Shown piece by piece: positions 10,462 through 19,935 of a stretch of DNA of 64,000 nucleotides (position 1 is the first letter of the stretch; every line of letters begins with the position of its first letter). The translations under genes and the position numbers were made by a program. The notes beneath the pieces are model-generated. The model saw nothing but the letters and a program-made list of their open reading frames with translations. It did not search any database and had not been told where the DNA came from. Origin of the DNA: a virus; the IMG/VR virus record IMGVR_UViG_2858362155_000007, positions 11,124 to 75,123 of that record, one strand, 5' to 3'.

Positions 10462-10935
10462 TCATTTGCGCTTTTTCAAAAATGCCTCGAAAGGATCTTC
10501 TTCGGCGGGAGTGTTCATCGTGACTTTTGCTCGAGAAGCAGGAGTAATACCAAATTCTGACATCATTTTACAAATGTTATTAAATGCTCTATCCCTCATC
10601 GCTACTTGTGGATGCGCTCGAATAATAATATCACCTGTACTTGTCGTAGTTTTATAAGACTCACCAACTTCAGCAATCACATCTCGATGATGGCGCCATT
10701 CAACATATGCTCCAATCATTAATTCCAAGGCCATTCCATCAAGGTGAGTAATTACGCCAACTTGATCTAACTCCTCAGCCATACGCTTAAACCAATATTT
10801 TTCTTGTTTAGAAAAATGCTTCGGAGTTGGGGGTACCCCTTTGGGAGGTTTTGGTTCTTTTTTATTAATCGGTCGTTTTGATGGGTTCCCCCTAACTAAA
10901 CGTAGGTGTGTTGGGGTTTTAGGTGGTCCAGACAT
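10462..10935 (-). CDS. terS: Terminase small subunit (P27 family)
   Basis: GNPSKRPIN...HP...EFGITPASR. Confidence 0.93.
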   Translation of the reverse strand: MSGPPKTPTHLRLVRGNPSKRPINKKEPKPPKGVPPTPKHFSKQEKYWFKRMAEELDQVGVITHLDGMALELMIGAYVEWRHHRDVIAEVGESYKTTTSTGDIIIRAHPQVAMRDRAFNNICKMMSEFGITPASRAKVTMNTPAEEDPFEAFLKKRK

Positions 10936-10984
10936 GATAGTTTTCTCCTATTAAATATCACTTTGGGGTTCCCAAAAAAAGTTT

Positions 10985-11070
10985 TCTAACCTGCGGTGAT
11001 GTGAAAAGAGGTAAGGGGGCGGTCCTATAAGGCAAGAGTGGTAGGGATTTGACCCGCCCCTCCCCTATGA
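10985..11070 (-). other. Putative cos region
   Basis: GC-rich GGGGAGGGGCGGGTCAAATC tract between HNH module and terS, as in HK97/SfV-type phages. Confidence 0.55.
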
Positions 11071-11082
11071 GGAATGGTACTG

Positions 11083-11280
11083 TTATCCTTGACCAATATT
11101 ACCTTTCATCTGCTGTTCGGCACCGATATAGCCCACAGCAAGCAATGCTTCACCATCAGGATATTCCGCAAGCAACTTGTTTATTTCAGCAATACAATGT
11201 TCAACCTTAGCTCTGCTTTGTTCTGGTAGTTCAGCAACTATTCCTTTAAACATAAGTAAGGTTTGTTCATCTTGCGTCAT
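11083..11280 (-). CDS. Hypothetical phage protein
   Basis: 65 aa, overlaps HNH stop. Confidence 0.7.
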   Translation of the reverse strand: MTQDEQTLLMFKGIVAELPEQSRAKVEHCIAEINKLLAEYPDGEALLAVGYIGAEQQMKGNIGQG

Positions 11281-11627
11281 AACGTTCTCTCCTTTGCTGT
11301 CTTAGCTCTGTGACAAGGCCAGCATAAGCTTTGCAAGTTATCTTCTGCATCGGTACCCTCATGTGCCTTAGCAATGATATGGTCAACCGTTTTCGCTTCG
11401 GTGGCTCGCCCTGTCCTTAAGCATTCTTGACAGAGATACTTATCACGCTTGAGTATACGTACTCGCAGTTTATCCCACTTGGTACCATAACCACGTTGAT
11501 GACGAGACTTACCGCGCTGGTGGGCTTCCCATCCTAGGTTTTGATGGTCTTCACAGTAACCGTTACGTTCTGTTGTTGTCTTGGCGCATCCCTGTTTACG
11601 ACATGCGCGAGGTATGCGAGGTGGCAT
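11277..11627 (-). CDS. Terminase-associated HNH endonuclease (HK97 gp74-like)
   Basis: RDKYLCQEC...VDHII...NLQSLCWPCH. Confidence 0.92.
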   Translation of the reverse strand: MPPRIPRACRKQGCAKTTTERNGYCEDHQNLGWEAHQRGKSRHQRGYGTKWDKLRVRILKRDKYLCQECLRTGRATEAKTVDHIIAKAHEGTDAEDNLQSLCWPCHRAKTAKERTL

Positions 11628-11692
11628 GTTATCTCCTATAACCTAAAGAGGAGAATAATCCCCTTTGATTTTAAAGGCGGGATTTCTCACCT

Positions 11693-12100
11693 TCACTTCT
11701 GACTGCACCATGTTCGATTAATAGCGTCAGACCATGCCTGTTGATCTGCCTGTCTTAATCTAGTGAGTTCAGCTATAGCAACATCTTGTTGATTGGCTTT
11801 CATGCGGAGATCAATCAATTGAGCCTTGATGTCCTGCTCTAACTTATTGCTGACAAGCACCCCACTGAATACAGCGTCACCTGAAGTACAGCACTTAAGT
11901 TTTGCTCCATCAATAACAGCATCTTTTATAAAGTAATTACCCGAACCAGAAATAAAGAAATCGTTGCGTTGTTCTGGTTTAATGCTGACCTTAATACCTA
12001 CATCTTGCATCAGTTGCTTAATACGAGTGAGTTGCTCTTCTAACTTATCTAGGCCTGACGTATCTACTGAGACTTTTAATTGAATGGTATTTTCTGACAT
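11693..12100 (-). CDS. Hypothetical phage protein
   Basis: GGAGAGG RBS before MSENTIQ. Confidence 0.65.
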   Translation of the reverse strand: MSENTIQLKVSVDTSGLDKLEEQLTRIKQLMQDVGIKVSIKPEQRNDFFISGSGNYFIKDAVIDGAKLKCCTSGDAVFSGVLVSNKLEQDIKAQLIDLRMKANQQDVAIAELTRLRQADQQAWSDAINRTWCSQK

Positions 12101-12201
12101 GATCCTCTCCAATAAAAAAGCCACCAGCGATTAACTGATGGCTACCTAAATAAACTCTATTAACGTCACTCAATGAGTGAGGTTTGTAAAAATAAATGAT
12201 T

Positions 12202-12393
12202 TTATTTGATGAAGCGTATCTCCGATGGATTAACTTCTACTACTCGCCCGTTATCTAACTCAACGATAGCCTGTTCAGCAACATATGGTTCATTGGCATT
12301 ATCTAACATCTTTATAGGCGCATACTTAATAAAGTTACCTTCAGGTTTATCATGTAGACTCATAACCGTACAGCGTCTTTTTTCTTCTGACAT
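12202..12393 (-). CDS. Hypothetical protein
   Basis: 63 aa, GGAG RBS. Confidence 0.5.
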   Translation of the reverse strand: MSEEKRRCTVMSLHDKPEGNFIKYAPIKMLDNANEPYVAEQAIVELDNGRVVEVNPSEIRFIK

Positions 12394-12516
12394 TACAAGA
12401 ATCTCCAAAATTTTATTGCTAGTTCCTATAGTATTAGCAAAAATATTAAACTATAAGTTTTATATCTATGAAGCTCATCATAAAAAAGAAAAGACAATGA
12501 TATTTTTTATTACCAG

Positions 12517-12657
12517 TTACTTAATCGGTTTACCCATACTGATAGCCCATTCATCATATTCCGTGAATTGGTGAACAAAGCAAGCTAAATCCAATAACCA
12601 ATTAGGATCGTAATCTCGCGTTATTTGCTCTTTAGTGAGTCGTTTGAATACTGCCAT
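12517..12657 (-). CDS. 46-aa hypothetical protein, missing from track
   Basis: MAVFKRLTKEQITRDYDPNW...; TAATG coupling to Rz stop. Confidence 0.5.
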   Translation of the reverse strand: MAVFKRLTKEQITRDYDPNWLLDLACFVHQFTEYDEWAISMGKPIK

Positions 12658-13109
12658 TAATGCACACACTCCTGCCTAATGTAATCTTGTAATCCTAATA
12701 TCATTTGCTCTGACTGTGTAATTCGCTCTCTGAGTAACCAATAATTTCTGATAGCGGTGTCAGTAGGTCGGGCGGTGGTTGCATCATCCATGCTGGCGGT
12801 GGAAGTGGTGGTGCTTTTTGGACACTCGGCTTTGATGTACACCCTGTCAGGATTACGCTCAGCACTAACGCGCAACCTATCAATTTCATTCTTTGCACTG
12901 GCTAACTCCTGTGAGTGACGAATATCGAGCTGGTTTAATCGAATGATGCGAGCTTGGTGGTCTTTGTTAATTTCGACTTGCTGGGATAGTTGACTAGTTA
13001 ATTCAGCATTTGAGGCTTTCAGTTTATCTATCTTATTCCCTTGCCAAGTCATACCGACGCTCACCATCAAAATAACGCCCATGGACACTATTGTTTCGCC
13101 TAGATTCAT
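12657..13109 (-). CDS. rz: i-spanin (Rz-like)
   Basis: N-terminal TM, coiled coil, C-terminal LQDYIRQEC. Confidence 0.9.
   Translation of the reverse strand: MNLGETIVSMGVILMVSVGMTWQGNKIDKLKASNAELTSQLSQQVEINKDHQARIIRLNQLDIRHSQELASAKNEIDRLRVSAERNPDRVYIKAECPKSTTTSTASMDDATTARPTDTAIRNYWLLRERITQSEQMILGLQDYIRQECVH
12701..12889 (-). CDS. rz1: o-spanin lipoprotein (Rz1-like), nested in Rz
   Basis: Lipobox LTGC, Pro-rich PPPAWMMQPPP. Confidence 0.9.
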   Translation of the reverse strand: MKLIGCALVLSVILTGCTSKPSVQKAPPLPPPAWMMQPPPDLLTPLSEIIGYSESELHSQSK

Positions 13110-13510
13110 AGCAACAACCAAGCACCTTCAAATACTTTTGGGCTGTAAGGCTGATACCCAAGCTCAACGCCAACAATCGCTGTGGCCAATGCAATAGCAA
13201 CCGGTTTAGATGAAACGTTAATAGGTTCATTTACACTAACGCCGATATCTTTTGCGGCACGATTAATGTAGCCAGTAGTGTTGTTTTCATTTGGTGGCGC
13301 ATACCGATCGATAATCGACTCGACAGTGTTTAGTTCGTATTTGTTTTGGTATGTTTGCAGTAACTTATAAATTGCACGAATACCATATTCAGGTGATATG
13401 AATTGGCAGAAGCTCGGATCTGTTTGCTGTGCTGATAGTCCTTGCCATTTTGAACCGTGCCGAATATTGCCCGGGTTGTTATTGCGCTCACCGCGTGCTG
13501 GTCTGGTCAT
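13106..13510 (-). CDS. Probable endolysin (RNNNPGNI family)
   Basis: Between holin and Rz; RNNNPGNIR and RYAPPNENNT motifs. Confidence 0.75.
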   Translation of the reverse strand: MTRPARGERNNNPGNIRHGSKWQGLSAQQTDPSFCQFISPEYGIRAIYKLLQTYQNKYELNTVESIIDRYAPPNENNTTGYINRAAKDIGVSVNEPINVSSKPVAIALATAIVGVELGYQPYSPKVFEGAWLLL

Positions 13511-13812
13511 TTCTTACCCCCTGTAAACTTATCCCAGAAGAAGTCCAATGCTAAAGAGCCAGCGGAACCACATAAGCCAGCCGTAAATAACGTGTAGTAG
13601 AATGAGGCATTAAGCTCTATCGATATAAGACCGCCCATCATTCCAGCAAAGCCAGATACGAACATTTGCATAATTGCTCCTACCCAACTCCACCGATAAC
13701 CGTTACGTTTATTGTCAATAATGTATCTAGCCAATCCGCCGTATAGGGATATAGCGAATATGACACCCCATGCGGTGGCACTGAATTTGTCTTTCTCGTC
13801 CATTCGTGTCAT
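13507..13812 (-). CDS. Holin (LydA-like), possible dual start
   Basis: Three hydrophobic segments; M-T-R-M start. Confidence 0.8.
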   Translation of the reverse strand: MTRMDEKDKFSATAWGVIFAISLYGGLARYIIDNKRNGYRWSWVGAIMQMFVSGFAGMMGGLISIELNASFYYTLFTAGLCGSAGSLALDFFWDKFTGGKK

Positions 13813-14172
13813 ACCGCCTCCTTTCTGGAGGAATTAGTTAATAGAACGCCGACTCACAGCTCTTGTGTGAACGTGAGGTGTTGTGATTGATTCTGTGGTC
13901 GGCATATACGAAAAAACCCCACCAAATGGCAGGGTTTTCTTGGAATGATCATAAGTTGATCATTTTATTGATCTTTTTTTACTCAGTCAGATATAATGAC
14001 CGAATATCTTGTGTTCTTGTGGAAGGGAACGCACTAGATGTAGAACCGCCTCTATGTAGTATCGAGCTACAAAAAGGTATAACACAACTATAAGGTGTTA
14101 CATATGATCACTTTCTTAGTCTAATTTACATGGTGATCTGTGTAAAGACCTGTTATTTATACAGGAGTTTTT

Positions 14173-14436
14173 ATGTCATTTATCCATGCCAGAGAACATG
14201 CAGATCATGGTGATGTTATCTCTGTACAATGCAGCCATCAGATTAATGTAATTGTTATGGATGATACTCAATTCAATAACTATAAGAATGGACGACAAGC
14301 AAAATATTACGGAGGTTTTTATAAAAGATTTCCAGCTAATATTACAGTCCCTCATAATGGTTACTGGAATGTAGTACTAGCATTACCAGCAGGACACCGC
14401 GCTAATATCAGGTACTCAATCAACATCCTGAGATAA
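14173..14436 (+). CDS. DUF1883-like protein (moron)
   Basis: NVIVMDD..FNNYKNG...YYGG...VPHNGYWNVVL; AGGAG RBS; opposite to late operon. Confidence 0.75.
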   Translation: MSFIHAREHADHGDVISVQCSHQINVIVMDDTQFNNYKNGRQAKYYGGFYKRFPANITVPHNGYWNVVLALPAGHRANIRYSINILR

Positions 14437-14595
14437 TTGTAACTCTGCTTTGGCTTGAACTAAGGCACTCTCAAGGGCGGTGATGATTTTCTTCTGTGTC
14501 CCGTCCTTTATATACCCTCTCGATGCCATTCCTTCTTTTTTACTATCATCACGATACCAAATGACGCTACCTGCATTTTCAATAATGACCTTCAT
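14416..14595 (-). CDS. 59-aa hypothetical protein, missing from track
   Basis: GAGAGG RBS; MKVIIENAGSVIWYRDD...; overlaps DUF1883 3' end by 21 bp. Confidence 0.55.
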   Translation of the reverse strand: MKVIIENAGSVIWYRDDSKKEGMASRGYIKDGTQKKIITALESALVQAKAELQLSQDVD

Positions 14596-14708
14596 GACTA
14601 CCTCTCTTATACGAAAAAAGACCGCCTAAGCGATCTTCAAAATGAGTTGTTCGGAATAGCCGAACATGTGAACTATCCGGAATAACCGGATAGTTGAACC
14701 TGTAAGAA

Positions 14709-15731
14709 TTACTTACAAGTTAGCGCTTTTATTTCTTGTTCGGTTTGTTCAAATCGCTCTCTCTCAAGCTCCACACCTAAAACCTTTCGATTAAGCTTTA
14801 GTGCTGCTTTCAGTGTTGCACCCGATCCCATAAAAAAATCAGCAACTAGCTCCCCTTCGCGACTACTTGAGCGAATAATGTGTTCCATCATGGCTGATGG
14901 TTTCTCGCAAGGGTGTTTACCGGGATAATACTGAACAGGTGGATAATCCCACACATCGGTGTAAGGCACATCTGCAGTTACAAAGAATGGTCGTCTTAGT
15001 AACCCATATTCTTTTATTAATTCTTGGTAGTCTTTTTGTAATGTAACCTGCTCACGCTCTAACTCGGTAAACTGGCGGGATAACGGTGATAGTTTTTCGT
15101 GTTTATCAGCAATGTGTGTAAACAGTGTTTGTAACTTTTTATAGTCTTCCTCGCTAGGTAATTGCCACTGACTATTGCTGAACCAATGACTGCACATTTG
15201 CTTACCTGTTGCTTGGTCTATTTCTTTTGCACTCACCTGCAGTGCTAAACGAGCATTTCTAAAATAATCAATCAATGGCTTAAATACATTTTGCTTTAGC
15301 TCTTTACATTTTAACGAAAACTCAGAACCTTTAGCTGTGACTGGTTTTTGATAATGTTCAGCAAAAAGTATTCGTTCTGTTGAAGGAAAAAAGGCGCGCA
15401 GGCTTTCTTTATTTTGCCGTTTCCATGGTCCTGATGGTTTAGCCCAAATAATATGACTTAATACATTAAATCGCCCGCGAACAAGCAGTTCAGTATCTGA
15501 CGCCAACTTAGAACCACAGAATAAATACAAACTGCCATTGGGTTTTAATACCCGCCAGAATTCAGCTAATACCTCATCAAGCCAAGACAGATACGACTCA
15601 ACATTATCCCACTGATTATCCCATGCGCACGACTTCACTCTGAAATACGGTGGATCCGTAGCGATTAAATCAATACTGTTATCAGGTAGTGCTTTTAATA
15701 CAGATAGTGCGTCGTCATTAAATAGTTGCAT
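14709..15731 (-). CDS. DNA methyltransferase (N6/N4, beta class)
   Basis: TDPPY, HPCEKP, DFFMGSG motifs. Confidence 0.93.
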   Translation of the reverse strand: MQLFNDDALSVLKALPDNSIDLIATDPPYFRVKSCAWDNQWDNVESYLSWLDEVLAEFWRVLKPNGSLYLFCGSKLASDTELLVRGRFNVLSHIIWAKPSGPWKRQNKESLRAFFPSTERILFAEHYQKPVTAKGSEFSLKCKELKQNVFKPLIDYFRNARLALQVSAKEIDQATGKQMCSHWFSNSQWQLPSEEDYKKLQTLFTHIADKHEKLSPLSRQFTELEREQVTLQKDYQELIKEYGLLRRPFFVTADVPYTDVWDYPPVQYYPGKHPCEKPSAMMEHIIRSSSREGELVADFFMGSGATLKAALKLNRKVLGVELERERFEQTEQEIKALTCK

Positions 15732-15798
15732 CAGAAGTCCTTTTCTACGCAATAAAAAAGCCGATGACAGTTAAGCCACCAGCTTTTCTTTTTTATTA

Positions 15799-15996
15799 TT
15801 AAATATTTTTTTGGAAAAAACCGTTCCCCAATTCCCGTAATAACCCAGCCATTACAAATTGAGTTATCAAAAACCCGCATTTTGGCACAGAAAACCCTGT
15901 TTCCCAAAACATGAACTGAGCTGTAATTAACTTATCTTCAGGAATTTTATCAAAAAACACCCTTGCTTCATCTGTCATATCACACTGTTTTAACAT
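15799..15996 (-). CDS. 65-aa winged-helix-like protein
   Basis: Paralog of 55346-55543 in the same position. Confidence 0.75.
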   Translation of the reverse strand: MLKQCDMTDEARVFFDKIPEDKLITAQFMFWETGFSVPKCGFLITQFVMAGLLRELGNGFFQKNI

Positions 15997-16087
15997 GATA
16001 TTTTATACCTTTGGTTAGTTATTGTGCATAACTACACATGTAACTCTGACCAAAGAGAACAGCAAGTCTTATCTACTAATTGCCAAT

Positions 16088-16110
16088 AAAAAACCCCGCA
16101 TAAGCGAGGT
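16088..16110 (-). terminator. tR'-like terminator
   Basis: ACCTCGC-ttat-GCGGGGT + T run downstream of pR'. Confidence 0.75.
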
Positions 16111-16150
16111 CTTGTTAGATAAGAGGTGTAACACAGAATCCACCCTTATC

Positions 16151-16179
16151 ACAATATATTGTGTTTTGTAATTACGCAA
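16151..16179 (-). promoter_or_regulatory. Late promoter pR'-like
   Basis: TTGCGT-17-TATTGT overlapping Q stop. Confidence 0.65.
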
Positions 16180-16570
16180 GCATATAAATATGGTCTTTTT
16201 GAATTATTTTATCCATATCTAGTTTCACATTAGAAACCGATAAACAGCCATCAATAAAACCTTCTGCAGTTTGTAATCGTTTAGCCACTTCATTGTGTGA
16301 TATACCCAGCCTTGTTGCCATTGAGCGTAAAGGGTAGTTTTTGACGTAATACATAATAACAAGCTGGAATAAATAGCTATTACTTTTTCTAAGGTGCAAA
16401 ACAGCCTTATTTATTTTTAACCCATCGGAATCTGAACATTCATCTCTAGAACGTCTAGAGCTAGGAACTAACCCCTTAAACCCTGCAGCTATTGATGAGT
16501 AATCCACACTATTACCCTCATTCGCTGACCACGCCCCCCAGCGTGATAAAACTTCCTGCATATCTCTCAT
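16172..16570 (-). CDS. Antitermination protein Q (phage 21/933W type)
   Basis: MRDMQEVLSRWGAW...AEGFIDGCL. Confidence 0.9.
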   Translation of the reverse strand: MRDMQEVLSRWGAWSANEGNSVDYSSIAAGFKGLVPSSRRSRDECSDSDGLKINKAVLHLRKSNSYLFQLVIMYYVKNYPLRSMATRLGISHNEVAKRLQTAEGFIDGCLSVSNVKLDMDKIIQKDHIYMLA

Positions 16571-16598
16571 GCCTAATACTCCTCGTGCCGTACACACG

Positions 16599-17624
16599 TT
16601 AAATAAATGCACCGATACCTAAAGAACGGTTTAAAAAATGAAATAACAATTCGAGTTGATTGCCGTGAGTGGCTTCCCATTGTTTGGGGCCTCGATGTAA
16701 CTCGTCATGGTGAATGCGACATAATGGAATAGTAAATAAGTCGTGAACCTTCGTCCCCATACCGCCCATGCCATGACCTATGATGTGATGCGGATCATCA
16801 GCCTGTTGCCCACACACGCAACACGGTTGAGTTTTTACCCATTGCAACCATTTGGTATTTTCCCAACGTTGCATTTTAGGTTTCAGCAGAAATGAGGCTG
16901 GTGGCTCCGGATCGACAGCAACTTTAATAACCGGTTTTATCGCCTCTAAACGCCCGCTCATTGCAGATAATGCTGATATTTCATTTGGAACAATATCAGC
17001 CTCAGGAAATCCGCCGTGTACTCTGCGTTCTTTGGGTTTATCTGGCCAGTCCAACACTCTCCGCAATATGACATCAGGTAATTCATCGATAACGTTATGC
17101 ATAACAGCAAAGGTGAAAAAATCAGGTATCGTCAGCTGGTGGCCACAATCTAATCTCAAACGAAAACGAATAGTATCTAACATCCAATCAATACGATTTT
17201 TATGAGCCAGCTCAGCAACCCACCCTGCTGATGAGTTTCGAATATGATTATCGTGATACCAACAAGTGCGGATCACACCCGCTTCATGAAATGTGGTCAC
17301 CAATTCATGATGATGATAGTTATCTGCATCGTTATTAATCTGACAACAATGAATATGATGAGCGACCCACGTATCCATCGGTGAAACTTTATCTATGGTG
17401 TGGATCACCTTTTTGCTATTGAGAAATTGAACAATGTGCTTATTATTTAAAATCGGCTGTTCATCACCGGTTAATGCGCCTGAGGGCAATACATCTAAAC
17501 TCTGCGGTACATCACTGATAATCACTCGGTGGTGCTTTTTAAATTGCTCGAGTAATTCAGCGCCTGGTTTAAGTAATACAACGCCCAGTTCTTTTTGAAT
17601 ATACGGCGTTAACAGTAACTTCAT
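16599..17624 (-). CDS. DUF968 (YdfU-like) protein
   Basis: C-terminal CCVCG..ADDPHH...PLCRIHH. Confidence 0.88.
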   Translation of the reverse strand: MKLLLTPYIQKELGVVLLKPGAELLEQFKKHHRVIISDVPQSLDVLPSGALTGDEQPILNNKHIVQFLNSKKVIHTIDKVSPMDTWVAHHIHCCQINNDADNYHHHELVTTFHEAGVIRTCWYHDNHIRNSSAGWVAELAHKNRIDWMLDTIRFRLRLDCGHQLTIPDFFTFAVMHNVIDELPDVILRRVLDWPDKPKERRVHGGFPEADIVPNEISALSAMSGRLEAIKPVIKVAVDPEPPASFLLKPKMQRWENTKWLQWVKTQPCCVCGQQADDPHHIIGHGMGGMGTKVHDLFTIPLCRIHHDELHRGPKQWEATHGNQLELLFHFLNRSLGIGAFI

Positions 17625-18424
17625 GCGCTCACCTGTTTATTCAACATCACCATACGGATCAACTCATCCGTTTTACTCTCAAAGAAGTGCGGTTGGGTTT
17701 CACGAGGATTATTAGGGCTCGTCATATTCTTCCCAAACTGACAACCTCTAGCCGTAACAGACCAAAACTCTTTCGTTTTGCTAGCAGTTTTCGTGCTTGG
17801 GCGTGATAGACGTTCAACAATGCCTAGTTCGGCTAATCGCTTATAGGCTTGCTGTGCTGAAATAGGTAGGTTGTGTTTGTTGATCAGTGTTGATAATGCA
17901 ACTGTTGGACGACTGGAGCCATCCATAGATCCACTTGGTGCATCAATCGCATATACAGGGGCTAATTCAGGTAATCCTGCCATGGCCTGTAATTTTTGAT
18001 AAGCGCCTAGCTTTGATGAATTCGAAAAATTTAAACTTTTAGACATCGACTCCAGTAGTATCACACCCGCTTGAACCTTATCACTGAGTTTCTCCTGGTG
18101 CTGTTGTGACACTAAAGCATCAAAGGTGCGGATCACTTTTAAATGAAAAGAAGCGCTGATCCACATTGCATAGGCATACACTAATTCTTTGCAAACATAC
18201 GTCCCTTGGTTATATCCACCAGCGACAGTGGCAATAGGCGCTCCTGTGATCTCAGGAGCGGTCGAAATTTCATCAATTAACTCTTTCGTTTGAGCCAATG
18301 AACTCCAGTTCGATGGTTGGTGTCGTTTTTCACCACCTGACACTCGATGTAAATCATTTAAACAATAGCGACCGGCTACATCTCTACGAACCTGAAAACC
18401 ATCAATAACAATTAATCCATTCAT
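17621..18424 (-). CDS. KilA-N domain protein
   Basis: GRYCLNDLHR...GTYVCKELVYAYAMWIS. Confidence 0.9.
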   Translation of the reverse strand: MNGLIVIDGFQVRRDVAGRYCLNDLHRVSGGEKRHQPSNWSSLAQTKELIDEISTAPEITGAPIATVAGGYNQGTYVCKELVYAYAMWISASFHLKVIRTFDALVSQQHQEKLSDKVQAGVILLESMSKSLNFSNSSKLGAYQKLQAMAGLPELAPVYAIDAPSGSMDGSSRPTVALSTLINKHNLPISAQQAYKRLAELGIVERLSRPSTKTASKTKEFWSVTARGCQFGKNMTSPNNPRETQPHFFESKTDELIRMVMLNKQVSA

Positions 18425-18442
18425 GCTATTTCTCTCCACGTT

Positions 18443-18829
18443 TTATTCGTGACCGTACATCACGCTGTTACTATGCTGACGAATGGTTATTTCAAGCTTC
18501 CCGCCTTTAATAACGTCCATCCATTCAACATCCATTTTTTTAATCTGTTTATCATCCACCCATACACCGGCATGAGTAAGGGCATCAAAAGGTGCTTTTA
18601 GAAAGTTATCGATATCTCTGGCTTGTTTAGTCGGCGGATATAATTTCACTAAAACAAACACATTACTTTCAATAGCCTTAGGTCTACGCTTTAATTGTTC
18701 ATAGACTGCTGCAATCGCATTTGCTCTAAAGACTCGTCCTTTTGCACTGACTAAGGTTCCTCTCTTTGTGTTTCGCCAATACGAGTTAACGCTTGGTGGA
18801 AATGGCAATGTGAGCATAAGTTCAGGCAT
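18443..18829 (-). CDS. rusA: RusA Holliday junction resolvase
   Basis: LPFPPSVNSYW, RDIDN..K...DAL...DDKQI. Confidence 0.92.
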   Translation of the reverse strand: MPELMLTLPFPPSVNSYWRNTKRGTLVSAKGRVFRANAIAAVYEQLKRRPKAIESNVFVLVKLYPPTKQARDIDNFLKAPFDALTHAGVWVDDKQIKKMDVEWMDVIKGGKLEITIRQHSNSVMYGHE

Positions 18830-18902
18830 AAGTCCCCCACACTCCAATTAGCAATGTCACTACAAACCAAAACCCAACGAACAGAATATATTTAGTTAGC
18901 AT
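18822..18902 (-). CDS. 26-aa hydrophobic peptide, missing from track
   Basis: MLTKYILFVGFWFVVTLLIGVWGTYA; TAATG-coupled upstream, overlaps rusA start. Confidence 0.45.
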   Translation of the reverse strand: MLTKYILFVGFWFVVTLLIGVWGTYA

Positions 18903-19297
18903 TAGTGATTACCTCTTACTGTTCTGACTAATGAGTCATAAGGCTCTGTTGGCAATTTACCCATGAGATCAAAATTAGAGGTGGCATGTTTTACCCATTT
19001 GATTGTGGGTAATGCGCGCTTTTTGGCCTTTTGTGTTTTCAGTTTTTGCAAGTAAGCCGATTCACCTAGTTTGCGCTCTTCAATTATCGCTTGGTAAATG
19101 CGCTCTGCCTCATTGGTCACAATGTAACGTACAGGGCGATCTTCATTGCCTACTCGTACTAATGCACCTAATCCATTCAGGTATGACAATGCTCTCGATG
19201 AGCTAGATAGAGCTATGCCTAAATCACGACTCACAATATGGCGATCAATCTTGTCACCCTCTTTATATTGGTTCAGTATTTGCTCTGTCGTTTTCAT
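18902..19297 (-). CDS. HTH-containing hypothetical protein
   Basis: VSRDLGIALSSSSRALSYL HTH-like segment. Confidence 0.7.
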   Translation of the reverse strand: MKTTEQILNQYKEGDKIDRHIVSRDLGIALSSSSRALSYLNGLGALVRVGNEDRPVRYIVTNEAERIYQAIIEERKLGESAYLQKLKTQKAKKRALPTIKWVKHATSNFDLMGKLPTEPYDSLVRTVRGNH

Positions 19298-19935
19298 GCA
19301 ACACCTCTCAAAACTAGCCACTTAGCTTGCTCAATAAATGTTTTACCAATTTGCTCTAATTCATCACGATGAATGTAACCCATGGGTTTACCATTCCACG
19401 TTTTATCAAACACCACGATAGCACCAGCAAAAAATGCCCCCGTTGGCACTTGATTTTCATCTGCAGGAACAAACCACTCAGGAACATCAAAACCAATTCG
19501 ACCGCGAATAAAACAAATATGATCCGCTTCTTCACACCACCATGTTTCGCTTGTAGCCACTTTCAACAAGAATACATATCGACCACCTTTTTCACGCATC
19601 GCTAATGCATGATTCATGATGTGTCTAAGACCAGTGACAGCCTGTTTTTCATGATATGAACTACGTGAATAAGGTGGATTAGCGAAAGCAGAACCACCAA
19701 GTTCTTTGAGTTTTTCAGCCCAGTCTTGAGTGAGTGCATTATCCTCTACGGTGTAAAAATGAGGGCACTTGCTGTTTTGTGCATCAGTAAAGAGATCTAG
19801 TGTGAAAGGTCCATAGAGAGAATTGATACCCCAATATAAATTTTCAGGTGTGCGCCACTGATCGCCAATTTCTTTTAGTTTATGAGTGGGTTGACTTTTT
19901 AATGCCTGTAATTTCAGTGCGTAATCAATCATCAC
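19294..19935 (-). CDS. Phage DNA N6-adenine methyltransferase
   Basis: DQWRTP, FTLDLF, ANPPYS, GRIGF. Confidence 0.9.
   Translation of the reverse strand: MMIDYALKLQALKSQPTHKLKEIGDQWRTPENLYWGINSLYGPFTLDLFTDAQNSKCPHFYTVEDNALTQDWAEKLKELGGSAFANPPYSRSSYHEKQAVTGLRHIMNHALAMREKGGRYVFLLKVATSETWWCEEADHICFIRGRIGFDVPEWFVPADENQVPTGAFFAGAIVVFDKTWNGKPMGYIHRDELEQIGKTFIEQAKWLVLRGVA

Noticed and set aside
12366..12372. Sixth TGTACGG copy (minus strand)
   Set aside because: No convincing flanking stem; may be chance
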